DNA of 64,000 nucleotides from Hyalangium versicolor (lineage in GTDB: Bacteria > Myxococcota > Myxococcia > Myxococcales > Myxococcaceae): positions 172,297 through 236,296 of the forward strand of contig NZ_JAHXBF010000014.1 in NCBI RefSeq assembly GCF_020103695.1, read 5' to 3'. The notes beneath the pieces were generated by a model that saw only the letters and a program-made list of their open reading frames with translations, did not search any database and was not told where the DNA came from. A program made the position numbers and the translations under genes. Below are positions 32,453-41,110 of this stretch, piece by piece. The stretch's first letter is position 1. The number at the start of each line of letters is the position of its first letter.

Positions 32453-33244
32453 ATGAAGGTCACCACTCCCGCCCAGACCACCGTCACCGCCGCCGCCAAG
32501 CCCGCCACCCCGTCCATCGTCGCCGGTGGCTGCTTCCCCAAGCCGCCCGTGCCGACGCTGCCGACGCTGCCGAACCTGCCGGACATCTTCTCGCCCGACC
32601 GCAAGACGCGCGCCACCCAGGGCAACCAGCTGCACGAGATCGCCGACGGCGTGCGCAGCGGCTCCATCACCGCTCAGGAGTCCGAGACGCTCCTGAAGGA
32701 GCAGCAGGCCATCGCCGACGCGCAGAAGCAGGCCATGTCCGACGGCAAGCTGTCGCTCGCGGAGAAGCTCAAGCTGGGCCTGATGCAGGCCCGCGCCGAC
32801 CGCAACATCCAGCAGGCCAGCCACAACGGCAGCCGTGACTTCTTCGCCCCCCTCAACGCCAACGCGCAGCGCCAGGCGGGCCAGATCGACCAGCTGGCCA
32901 CCGGCCGCACCAACGGCAACATCACCAACTCCGAGGCCTCGAAGCTGCTCGGCCAGCAGGTGGAGATCGCCGACGCGCGCGGCGACGCGGACTCGAAGCC
33001 CGAGGCCGCCCAGCTCCAGAGCCAGCTGAGCAAGGCGGATGGGGACATCGCCCGCCACAGCAAGCCGGGCACGCAGCTGGACGTGCTGCCCTTCCCGCAC
33101 CCGCTGCCCCTGCCGCTGCCCAAGCCGCTCCCCACGCTGCCCAAGCCGCTCCCCACGCTGCCCCGCCCGCTGCCGCACCCCCTGCCCTCCAAGCCGGTCT
33201 TCGAGGCGCTCCCCTTCCTCAAGGGCAGCACCACCAACGTCTGA
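32453..33244 (+). CDS. hypothetical protein with an internal duplication and a PLP-rich C-terminal tail
   Basis: AGGAG 8 nt upstream of the ATG. Two related segments (GSITAQESETLLKEQQAIADAQKQA / GNITNSEASKLLGQQVEIADARGDA). Tail LPFPHPLPLPLPKPLPTLPKPLPTLPRPLPHPLP. Confidence 0.6.
   Translation: MKVTTPAQTTVTAAAKPATPSIVAGGCFPKPPVPTLPTLPNLPDIFSPDRKTRATQGNQLHEIADGVRSGSITAQESETLLKEQQAIADAQKQAMSDGKLSLAEKLKLGLMQARADRNIQQASHNGSRDFFAPLNANAQRQAGQIDQLATGRTNGNITNSEASKLLGQQVEIADARGDADSKPEAAQLQSQLSKADGDIARHSKPGTQLDVLPFPHPLPLPLPKPLPTLPKPLPTLPRPLPHPLPSKPVFEALPFLKGSTTNV
33118..33160. repeat. 21-bp direct tandem repeat (encodes KPLPTLP x2)
   Basis: cccaagccgctccccacgctg occurs twice in tandem. Confidence 0.5.
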
Positions 33245-33792
33245 GCTGAATCCGAGCTGTTCGACGGGTAGCGCTCCGCCACCCACGGCCCCTCCCTCGC
33301 CTGGAGCGAAGGAGGGGCTGTGCCGCTTCCTACGAGCGGGACACGCGCTCGGCGTTGGCGCGGAACGCATCCCGCGCGAACTCCGAGAGCCCCGGGCGGA
33401 CCTGATCGATGTTCGCCGTGAAGCGGGGATCGATAAGAGATAGGGCCTCACGTCGCGTGAGGGTCAACCCCCTCATTTCGGTTCCGCCGGGCGGAACAGC
33501 GCGCAGGAGTGCACCGGCTGCGGCGGGTACTTCTGCGGCAACAGGGGGCAGAGGATGAAGGTGGACGTCTTCGTCTGCACGTAGCGCGGCGGAGCGGCGC
33601 ATCGGTGGCACAGGCTGCTGGGAAAGGGCAACGGTGCGGGAGGAGGGGTCGTCATGCGCAAGGCCTCAACCGGTGTATCCCTCAGGTCCACCCGACGCCC
33701 TCCGGGCGAGCCCGGCGCCAACCTGTCCGCTTGTCAGACAGGTTCGGTCCCGACTCGCCGGACGGGCGGCGGCTCACCAGTTCCCGAGCGGC

Positions 33793-34002
33793 TCAGTCGC
33801 CGAAGATCTTGCGGAACAGGCGGAGGACGGACTTGGACAACGGCGTGGCCACAGGGGCCACGTTCTCCTTGAGCCCCAGTTCGACCTTGGGCTTGCGCGC
33901 CTCGGGATCGACCGAGAACACGCTGAATTCGTCATCCCCGTCGAGAGCAGACTGGACCTTGGACGCGCGGCTCGGGGGAGGAGGCTTGGGAGGCTTCGCC
34001 AT
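33793..34002 (-). CDS. small hypothetical protein (69 aa)
   Basis: GAGGAAG about 3-5 nt upstream of the ATG. MAKPPKPPPPSRASKVQ..., GC-rich third positions. Lies between convergent genes. Confidence 0.35.
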   Translation of the reverse strand: MAKPPKPPPPSRASKVQSALDGDDEFSVFSVDPEARKPKVELGLKENVAPVATPLSKSVLRLFRKIFGD

Positions 34003-34061
34003 GGTCTTCCTCGCAGTAGTCTTTCATCCTACCTGATTCGAGGCAGTCGCTCCAGCCTCGG

Positions 34062-36884
34062 TCAGCGAGGCCGCTTGCTCTCCTGGAAGGTGACGTCGAG
34101 CTGGAGCTCCTTGCCTTCGCGGAGGACCACCGCGGTCACCGTCTCGCCGGGCTTGGACGAGTTGAGGACGTACATGAGGTCCTCGACGCTACCGACGGCG
34201 TGCTTGCCGAGCCGGATGAGGATGTCCCCGCGCTGCAGCCCCGCCTGCTCCGCCGCGCCGCCGGCACGCACTCCCGCGAGCAGCATGCCCTTCTGCCCGT
34301 TGGACGGGCCCGCGTAATCCGGCACGGTGCCGAGCGAGGCGTTGAAGCTGCGCAGATCGCCGCGCGGCGTGGGAGACGGCACCTTCTGGTAGGTGAGCGT
34401 CGTCTTCCCATCGAGCCCCAGCGCGACGGCCGAGACGATGCTGGCCACCTGAGCGGTACCGGCCGCGTTGATGGCGTCCGCGGTGTCCGAGGGCTTGTGG
34501 TAGTCCGAGTGAGCGCCGGTGAAGAAGTGCAGCACCGGAACACCCGCCGCGTAGAACGGAGAGTGATCGCTGGGGCCGTAGCCGTCACCGCTGGAGGTGC
34601 ACTGGACGCGAGCCTTCGTGCACGCGGCGCCGACGATCTCCCTCCACTCCGTGGCCGACTCGGCCCCGAGCACCGAGAGCCCGCTCGTCCGCAGCCGGCC
34701 GACCATGTCCAGGTTGAGCATGGCGGCGATCTGCTTCATGCCCGCGTCACCGCGCGCGCGAGTGAAGTACGAGGAGCCAAGCACCCCCGTCTCCTCGCCG
34801 GAGAAGGCGACGAAGAGCACATCGTGCTGGAGCTGCGCGCGGTTCTCGGTGAGCGCGCGAGCGATCTCGAGCACGCCGGCGACGCCCGAGGCGTTGTCGT
34901 CCGCGCCGACGTGCGGCACGTGCTTGTCCGGCGTCAGCGAGTAGCGCCCGCCGAAGCCCAGGTGATCATAATGGGCACCGATCACGATAGTTCCCGGCAG
35001 CTTGCCCTGCCCTGCCTCGAGCAGCGCGGCCACGTTGAACGCATCGCTCTTCTCGAAGTCGAGCTGTACTTCGATACGAGCGTCGACGCGCTTGCCAGCG
35101 CTCAGCTGGGCCATCAAGGGCTCCAGGGCCGAGCGCTTCACCACGACCACGGGGATGCCGGCATCACCCTGGCCCTCGGGGGAGAGCGAAGGCAGCGAAG
35201 CCTCGGAGGGCATCTGCCAGTCCTTCACCGGAGGATTGGGAGCCTCCGGCCAGTCGACGATGATGACTGCCTTGGCGCCCCGCTCCCGAGCCGTCCAGGC
35301 CTTGTGGCGCAGATCTCCATAACGGCGCTGCTTGTCGGTATCCGAGAAGGTGGTCGAGTCGGGCACGAAGCGCCGCACCACCACGATCTTCCCCTTCACA
35401 TCGAGCTTCGCGTAGTCGTCCACGTTGATGGACGGCTCGACGATGCCGTAGCCCGCGAGCGCCAGGGGCCCTTGCGCCGCACCCTGAGCGGAGAACCCGA
35501 GCACCGTGTACGCCTCCGGGGGCACCACCGTCTTGCCGAGCTTCACCTGGGTCTTCGCCCCGGGCTTCACCGCGGTCGTAACCGGGAACACCTGCCGGAA
35601 AGAGCCATTGTCCCCCGCGGGCTTCAGGCCGAGCGACTGGAAGCGCCCCTCGATGTGCTTGCCCGAGGCCTCGATCCCATTCGTGCCGATGCCACGCCCC
35701 TCCTGCTCCGGAGCGGCGAGGAACGCGACATCCTTCTCGATCCGATCCGCGGCGGACTCGGCGGCGGGAGTGCTCGGCTTCGCGTCATCGATCCAGCGAG
35801 CGAGGAAGACGTTGGTGTCATGCTGCCCTTCGGCCGTGGCGCGGTTGCTGGAGAACGCGAGCCACTTGCCATCCGGCGAGAACATGGGGAATCCGTCGAA
35901 GCCCGGCGCGGAGGTGATGCGCTCCAGGTTCGCGCCGTCGACGTCCACGGCCCAGATGTTGAACTCGCGGCCCTGGGGATCTCCGTAGTTCGACGAGAAG
36001 AGGATGCGCTTGCCGTTAGGGTGGAAGAAAGGCGCGAACGAGGCGGCGTTGAGCCAGGTGATCTGCCGGGCCTCCGAGCCGTCCGCATTGGCCACGAACA
36101 GCTCCAGCTTGGTGGGCCGCACCAGCCCGCGCGCCAGCAGGGCCTTGTAGTCGTCCACCTCCTTGCCGGGGTTGGGCCGGGAGGCGCGCCAGACGATCTT
36201 CGAGCAGTCGGCGTTGAAGAACGCGCCGCCGTCATAGCCCGGCGTCTGGGTCAGCCGGCGCACGTTCTTGCCATCCTTGTCCATGCGATACAGCTCGATG
36301 TCGCCGTCCCGCACCGAGGTGAAGACGATGGAGCCGTCCTTGGCGCAGACCGTGCCCTCCGCGTCGTAGCCCGGAGTGTCCGTGAGCCGCGTCAGCCCGT
36401 TACCATCGGCGCCCACCTTGAAGATGTCGTACGAGTCGTAGAGGGCCCAGACGTAGCCCATCGAGTGGTCCGGCCTCGGCGGGCACGCGTCGCCACCCAG
36501 GTGCGTCGAGGCGTAGATGAGTTCCTGGTCTCCAGGCATGAAGTGCGAGCACGTGGTCGCCCCCTTGCCGCTCGAGACCGGCAGCACGGCCGGAGATGGC
36601 GTGGCCGGATCGACCGTGACGCGGAAGATGCGATCACAGCCCATGTCGCCGAACCGGGACTGGAAGGACAGCTGCTTGCCGTCGAACGACCAGTAGGCCT
36701 CGGCGTTCTCGCCACCGAAGGTGAGCTGGCGCAGATCCGCCAGATGCACCTCGTCGGGCAGCAGGGTCGCCTTGGAGCCGGTGGCGGGAGCCTCCACCGG
36801 AGGCGTGGACGGAGCGGCCGGCCCCGTGCTCGACGGGGTGGCACAAGAGATCAGGGCAAGGGCGGGCAGCAGGCAGCGCTTCAT
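34062..36884 (-). CDS. multidomain lipoprotein: TolB-like (PD40) beta-propeller + M28-family aminopeptidase with PA domain + C-terminal PDZ
   Basis: Start at ATG (MKRCLLPALALISC lipobox); the ORF-track start is TTG 18 nt upstream. PD40-like repeats in the first ~400 aa. M28 zinc-ligand contexts (HYDHLG, GADDNASG, FSGEETG, HSDYH). C-terminal PDZ (GMLLAGVRAGGAAEQAGLQRGDILIRLG). Confidence 0.8.
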   Translation of the reverse strand: MKRCLLPALALISCATPSSTGPAAPSTPPVEAPATGSKATLLPDEVHLADLRQLTFGGENAEAYWSFDGKQLSFQSRFGDMGCDRIFRVTVDPATPSPAVLPVSSGKGATTCSHFMPGDQELIYASTHLGGDACPPRPDHSMGYVWALYDSYDIFKVGADGNGLTRLTDTPGYDAEGTVCAKDGSIVFTSVRDGDIELYRMDKDGKNVRRLTQTPGYDGGAFFNADCSKIVWRASRPNPGKEVDDYKALLARGLVRPTKLELFVANADGSEARQITWLNAASFAPFFHPNGKRILFSSNYGDPQGREFNIWAVDVDGANLERITSAPGFDGFPMFSPDGKWLAFSSNRATAEGQHDTNVFLARWIDDAKPSTPAAESAADRIEKDVAFLAAPEQEGRGIGTNGIEASGKHIEGRFQSLGLKPAGDNGSFRQVFPVTTAVKPGAKTQVKLGKTVVPPEAYTVLGFSAQGAAQGPLALAGYGIVEPSINVDDYAKLDVKGKIVVVRRFVPDSTTFSDTDKQRRYGDLRHKAWTARERGAKAVIIVDWPEAPNPPVKDWQMPSEASLPSLSPEGQGDAGIPVVVVKRSALEPLMAQLSAGKRVDARIEVQLDFEKSDAFNVAALLEAGQGKLPGTIVIGAHYDHLGFGGRYSLTPDKHVPHVGADDNASGVAGVLEIARALTENRAQLQHDVLFVAFSGEETGVLGSSYFTRARGDAGMKQIAAMLNLDMVGRLRTSGLSVLGAESATEWREIVGAACTKARVQCTSSGDGYGPSDHSPFYAAGVPVLHFFTGAHSDYHKPSDTADAINAAGTAQVASIVSAVALGLDGKTTLTYQKVPSPTPRGDLRSFNASLGTVPDYAGPSNGQKGMLLAGVRAGGAAEQAGLQRGDILIRLGKHAVGSVEDLMYVLNSSKPGETVTAVVLREGKELQLDVTFQESKRPR

Positions 36885-36976
36885 GGCGCTGGACCATGAC
36901 AAAGCTGCCGCGTCCTCTCAACGCCCTTTCTCTTACTGCACTGAGAAGAGGCCGCGAAGCAGACCGGCACCTCGCC

Positions 36977-37837
36977 CTACTCTCCCCTGCTCAGGCGATC
37001 AGCGAAGAAACGGCGCGTGTCCTCGGCCACGGGGAGTGCGCGAATGGCCGCCTGGGTGGCGGAGATCTCGTACGGCACGCGGCGGAAGAAGACCAGATCC
37101 CCGTCATACAGCGCCCACGAGGCGCGGGGATCCCGATCACGCGGCTGGCCCACACTGCCCGGGTTGATGACCACCTTGCGCCCGTACAGCCCGCCGATCA
37201 TCGGCATGCCCTGCGCCACGTAGAAGATCGTCCTCGGACCCACGAAGGTGAACATGCGGTTCCAGTCCTGGGACACGCTGAACAGCTCTCGATTCTCGTA
37301 CGAGGTGAGGACGGCCGGCACGTGGGTGTGGCCGCAGAAGCCATGCGGTGTCGTGAATCGCGCGAGCAGATCTTGGAGGAACTGATCGATCTGCGAGTTG
37401 AGCTGCAGGAAGTGCATGCGGTGTCCCGGCCAGACGTAGCGCACCGTCGACTCCTCGGGCGCTCCGTGGACCCAGGTGATGCGGCCTTCCTGGCGGTGCG
37501 ATAGGGCCTCGGCCTGCCCCGCCACCAACGCCTCGCGCATCCGCTCCCACGGCTCGAGCCCCTCCAGCGCTTGCGCCGACCAGAGCGCCAGTTCCCGGAC
37601 ATCCTCCTCCAGGCCCTCGTCGCCGGGGACCGCCGTCTCCAACTCGTGATTGCCCGCCAGCATGAGGTCCGCCACCTCATGGACTCGAGCGAAGCACTCA
37701 CGAGGGAACGGGCCATAACCCACCGTGTCCCCCAGACAGACGATTCGATCCGGCTTCTGGGACTCCACATCCCGCAATACGGCCTCCAGCGCGGCCAGGT
37801 TGCCGTGGATGTCACTCAAGATCGCGATGCGCGGCAT
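36977..37837 (-). CDS. metallophosphoesterase (calcineurin-like)
   Basis: MPRIAILSDIHGN ... VCLGDTVGYG ... GNHE ... GHTH motifs. Start taken at the internal ATG; a TTG 21 nt upstream is the ORF-track start. Confidence 0.75.
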   Translation of the reverse strand: MPRIAILSDIHGNLAALEAVLRDVESQKPDRIVCLGDTVGYGPFPRECFARVHEVADLMLAGNHELETAVPGDEGLEEDVRELALWSAQALEGLEPWERMREALVAGQAEALSHRQEGRITWVHGAPEESTVRYVWPGHRMHFLQLNSQIDQFLQDLLARFTTPHGFCGHTHVPAVLTSYENRELFSVSQDWNRMFTFVGPRTIFYVAQGMPMIGGLYGRKVVINPGSVGQPRDRDPRASWALYDGDLVFFRRVPYEISATQAAIRALPVAEDTRRFFADRLSRGE

Positions 37838-37850
37838 ACAGCCTCCCGTC

Positions 37851-38255
37851 TCATCCAATCTCGGGGGGCTTCGCCAGCACCTCCTCGACCATGAAGCGGA
37901 TCACGTCAGACGGGGTAATGATCCCCACCAACTCGCCTCCCCGCAAGACCGGGAGGTGGTGGATGCGGTGCTGGCGCAGCAGGCTCATCACCTCCTCGGT
38001 CCGATCGAACTCGTTCACCGAGTGGACCGAGCGAGCCATCAGATCGGCGGCCCGGGTCGAGGGCGCCCGCTCGGCGAGCAGGGCATCGAGCAGATCGCTC
38101 TCACTGACGAAGCCCTCGACACGGCCCTCGGCTCCCACCACCGGCACTCCACCGATACGCGCGGCCGCCAGACAGCGGGCAATCTCGTCGAGCGAAGCAT
38201 CCAGACCGACCGAGACCACCGGCGCGGTCATCATGTTGCGTGCGTGACCTTTCAT
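37851..38255 (-). CDS. CBS-pair domain protein
   Basis: 134 aa with two CBS motifs (...RIGGVPVV...GFVSESDLL and ...HRIHHLPVL...GIITPSDVI). Confidence 0.75.
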   Translation of the reverse strand: MKGHARNMMTAPVVSVGLDASLDEIARCLAAARIGGVPVVGAEGRVEGFVSESDLLDALLAERAPSTRAADLMARSVHSVNEFDRTEEVMSLLRQHRIHHLPVLRGGELVGIITPSDVIRFMVEEVLAKPPEIG

Positions 38256-38329
38256 GGCCCCCGTCTACCGACAGGGCGGAAAGGGCGTCAATCGAAGCCC
38301 GCCGCATGTGCCTTCCACTGGACGCGTCC

Positions 38330-38554
38330 CTACCGCCTCCGGCGCCCGCCACCGCCGCCAAACAGCACCAGCAGCACACCGCCCGCCACCGCCGCGCCGC
38401 CGCCCGCGAGATACAGCGTGGTCTCCTGGCTGTAGCGCCCGGTGAGCGCGTGCCGGGTCTTCTCCACCACCGAGTCCTTCGCCTTCAGCCCCGTCCACAG
38501 CACCACCGCCCCCGCGACCGCGATCATCACTCCCACCAGCCGGCCAATTCCCAC
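38330..38554 (-). CDS. small two-helix membrane protein (~74 aa, GTG start)
   Basis: AAGGAGG 4-5 nt upstream of the GTG. VGIGRLVGVMIAVAGAVVLWTGL...TLYLAGGGAAVAGGVLLVLFGGGGGRRRR. Forms the 3' third of a longer ORF-track entry whose remainder is antisense to the NUDIX gene. Confidence 0.4.
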   Translation of the reverse strand: MGIGRLVGVMIAVAGAVVLWTGLKAKDSVVEKTRHALTGRYSQETTLYLAGGGAAVAGGVLLVLFGGGGGRRRR

Positions 38555-38683
38555 GTTCCCTCCTTGCCTGACCCCAGAAGGATATGCAGGCAGCCCTGCC
38601 CCCTCTCGCAGATTTTTCGCGGCAAGGCTCCAGACAACGTCGGCCGCTCCAGCCCCCAGGGTGCCTGATATGCATCGGAGGCC

Positions 38684-39172
38684 ATGCCCTATACCCCCAT
38701 CATCGGCACCCTTGGCTATGTGATGTCCCCGGACGGGGCGCGGGTGCTGCTCGTCCACCGCAACGCGCGCCCCAATGACGCCCACCTGGGCAAATACAAC
38801 GGCCTGGGCGGGAAGATGCAGCCCGACGAAGACGTTGTGGCGTGCATGCGCCGAGAGATCCGCGAAGAGGCCTCCATCGAGTGCGAGGAGCTGAGGCTGC
38901 GCGGCACGATCAGCTGGCCCGGCTTCGGCCCCAAGGGGGAGGACTGGCTGGGGTTCGTCTTCCTCATCGACCGCTTCACGGGGACGCCGCCCGAGCGCAA
39001 CGCCGAGGGCGAGCTGTCCTGGGTGCCCGTCAAGGACATCATGTCCCTGCCCCTGTGGGACGGGGATCGGCACTTCCTCCCGCTGGTATTCGACTCGGAT
39101 CCGCGAGCCTTCCACGGGGTCATGCCCTACGCGGGAGGTCGCGCGTTGAGCTGGTCTTTCACCCGGATCTGA
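38684..39172 (+). CDS. NUDIX hydrolase
   Basis: Nudix box GGKMQPDEDVVACMRREIREEASI (Gx5Ex7REUxEExGU). Confidence 0.8.
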   Translation: MPYTPIIGTLGYVMSPDGARVLLVHRNARPNDAHLGKYNGLGGKMQPDEDVVACMRREIREEASIECEELRLRGTISWPGFGPKGEDWLGFVFLIDRFTGTPPERNAEGELSWVPVKDIMSLPLWDGDRHFLPLVFDSDPRAFHGVMPYAGGRALSWSFTRI

Positions 39173-39472
39173 GATTTGCCGGATCGGATCCGGCCCGATC
39201 CGGTACTGTGGGAGTGATTCACCCTACCTGATACGGTAGAGAGGCTGGATCAGGTCCACGTGAGCTGTAGTAGCTTCCCGCCGTCTTCCAGGAGGACTCG
39301 TCCGGTGTTCTTCAGTTCCGGGTGGTTGGATTCGCTGATCGAACGCCTGGGCCTCACCCAGTGGGTGGGACCGCTGCGGGCGTTTCTGCGGCGAGCCCGG
39401 GGCGACGAGTCGCTGGTTGGTCATGCCGCAGTCCGCAGTGAGACTCCGCTGTCCCCTCCGATAGAGCCCACC

Positions 39473-39934
39473 ATGCCCCAGAAGAAGCAAGCCAAGAGCA
39501 AGAGCCCCTCTCGTCCCCAGCGCGCCAAGGCACAGAAGCGCACCGCGAAGCCCGCCGCCCGCAAGGCCACCACCAAGCGCGCCTCCGCGGCCCGCAAGAG
39601 CGGCGCGACGCGGACCGCCACCACGGAAGCCGTGAAGCAGTTGGTGGATGCGCTGCAGAACCACCCGCAGCAGAAGAACCTGGTCACCGCGGGGCAGCAG
39701 AAGGATCAGCTCCTGCGCTCGCTGATCCCGCTGTACCTGGCGCGTGCACTGGGCGTGGAAGTGACGTCCGGGACCACCTCGCGCTTCTGGAGCAAGCTGG
39801 GCGTGTCCTACGCGGCCCCCAACGCCGCCAAGGCGCTGCGCATCCACACCGGCTACGCCTCGGACTCCAAGAAGGGCAAGACGATCACCGCCAAGGGCGT
39901 CCGCTACGTCGAGGACGCCATCGCCCGCGGCTGA
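39473..39934 (+). CDS. basic histone-H1/Hc1-like protein: Lys/Ala-rich N-terminal tail plus a ~100-aa C-terminal domain
   Basis: Start placed at the internal ATG (MPQKKQAKSKSPSRPQRAKAQKRTAKPAARKATTKRASAARK...). The upstream part of the ORF-track entry has no coding character. The C-terminal domain is unassigned. Confidence 0.5.
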   Translation: MPQKKQAKSKSPSRPQRAKAQKRTAKPAARKATTKRASAARKSGATRTATTEAVKQLVDALQNHPQQKNLVTAGQQKDQLLRSLIPLYLARALGVEVTSGTTSRFWSKLGVSYAAPNAAKALRIHTGYASDSKKGKTITAKGVRYVEDAIARG

Positions 39935-40003
39935 GCCGGTGCTGTCCCCGCCCTCCTCTCCATGAGGGCGGGGCTCACCTGAGGTTGAGGCACGAGCCAG
40001 GGC

Positions 40004-41071
40004 TCAGGGCAGGATCCCCTTCCTCTGGAGCCCCTCGTCGATCCGACGGATGCGGATGCCCTCGTTCTTCATGAGGGGCATCTTCCCGGCAACCTCCTGA
40101 GGCGTACCGCCCGCGTGGTGGAGCGCGATGAGCTCTCCCTGGGCGTTGAAGACCGGCGCCCCCGAGGAGCCCGGCTGCGCATCCGTGAGATAGTGGACAA
40201 CGCGCTCGTCGAAGTTCGTCACCGTGCTCCGGATGAACCCGAGCCGCTTCCGCGAGCCGCGCGGGTGCTGGAGGGTGAACACGCTCTCGCCAAGCACCGG
40301 AGGCACCGCGGGAGACAGGATCACGCGTGGCCAGGTGGGCTCCAGGCCCTCGGTGACGCGGATCACCCCCCAATCATCCGCCTCATCCGTGATGATCGAG
40401 CCGCAATCGCACGGGAGGGACTTGGACGGGAGCGCCGCGTCCCTGGCATCCGTCTCGAAGCCGAACTCAGCGATGACCTCCGTGGCCTTTTTCCCCTGGG
40501 GGAAGAGCACGTGGTGGTTGGTCAGCACGAGGTTGTCGCCAATCCGGAAGCCCGTTCCGACACCAGAGACGGAGCCCGCGGTGACGCGCAGCAGGCACAC
40601 CGCCGGAGCCAGCTCCATCATCTTCTTCAGCGTCGCGATGAACGCCGGCACCCGCCCCACCAGCAGTGAGAGATCATCGCGGAAGAGCAGCGCCTCCTGC
40701 TCGGTGGGCGTGTCATTGCCGGAGAGGAAGACCGCGGAGCCGTTGTCCCTGCGAGGCTCCAGGCTCACCGCCACCGGGACATCCTTGAGCAGGGCCTCCA
40801 GGAAGGCATAGGTCGGGTTCTTGCGGTTCTGGTCTCGAACGAAGGCGACGAGGTGCTGCGTGGCGGCCTTCGCCGACGCCAGCTCCAGGATCTTCCTCCA
40901 CAGCTCGAGCACCGGGAGACCGGAGGGGAGTTCCTTCGGCGGAATGCCCGCGGTGGTGGCCACGAAGGTGGCCCGTGGCTCGGTGGGATAGAGAGAGACG
41001 AGCGTCCGGTGCAGTTCCTGGGCCTCGGGGCGCTCCCAGGGAAACGGAGAGGCGTCGATGATCGATGGCAT
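40004..41071 (-). CDS. trypsin-like serine protease with N-terminal EAD1-type effector-associated domain
   Basis: C-terminal S1 protease: TNHHVL (His), DDWGVIRV (Asp), GSSGAPVF (Ser, GDSGGP-like). N-terminal ~90 aa: LHRTLVSLYPTEPRATFVATTAGIPPKELPSGLPVLELWRKILELASAKAATQHLVAFVRDQNRKNPTYAFL. This matches the EAD1 pattern as I recall it, reconstructed from memory not retrieved (l..aL..af...a..l....gip...lp......fW..vv..a...g.l..Ll.......P.N). The EAD1 assignment is inference, about 0.5. Confidence 0.8.
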   Translation of the reverse strand: MPSIIDASPFPWERPEAQELHRTLVSLYPTEPRATFVATTAGIPPKELPSGLPVLELWRKILELASAKAATQHLVAFVRDQNRKNPTYAFLEALLKDVPVAVSLEPRRDNGSAVFLSGNDTPTEQEALLFRDDLSLLVGRVPAFIATLKKMMELAPAVCLLRVTAGSVSGVGTGFRIGDNLVLTNHHVLFPQGKKATEVIAEFGFETDARDAALPSKSLPCDCGSIITDEADDWGVIRVTEGLEPTWPRVILSPAVPPVLGESVFTLQHPRGSRKRLGFIRSTVTNFDERVVHYLTDAQPGSSGAPVFNAQGELIALHHAGGTPQEVAGKMPLMKNEGIRIRRIDEGLQRKGILP

Positions 41072-41110
41072 GGTTCCCCAATCGGGTTCGCGCGCGCATC
41101 CTAATGACTT

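Noticed and set aside
33473-33655. 60-aa Cys-containing ORF (MTTPPPAPLPFPSSLCHRCAAP...) and the 93-aa ORF 33330..33611
   Set aside because: No RBS, odd composition, mutually overlapping. Possibly real small proteins, but I cannot support them from sequence alone.
38205-38225. Apparent 1-nt disagreement between the printed bases and the ORF-track translation (the track implies ...GACCACCGGCGCGG..., I read ...gaccacggcgcgg...)
   Set aside because: Most likely my own reading error of the raw text. I therefore anchored all CDS coordinates on the ORF track and treat raw-read coordinates (tRNA, repeats, G-run) as +/-2 nt.
38555-39115. 5' two-thirds of the 261-aa minus-strand ORF 38330..39115
   Set aside because: It is antisense to the NUDIX hydrolase gene and has no coding-like composition. 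Only the 3' 225 nt (a small membrane protein with its own RBS) were kept.
39260-39472. 5' extension of the histone-like ORF (MSCSSFPPSSRRTRPVFF...)
   Set aside because: Ser/Arg/Pro-rich arbitrary sequence. The basic KA-rich protein begins naturally at the internal Met.
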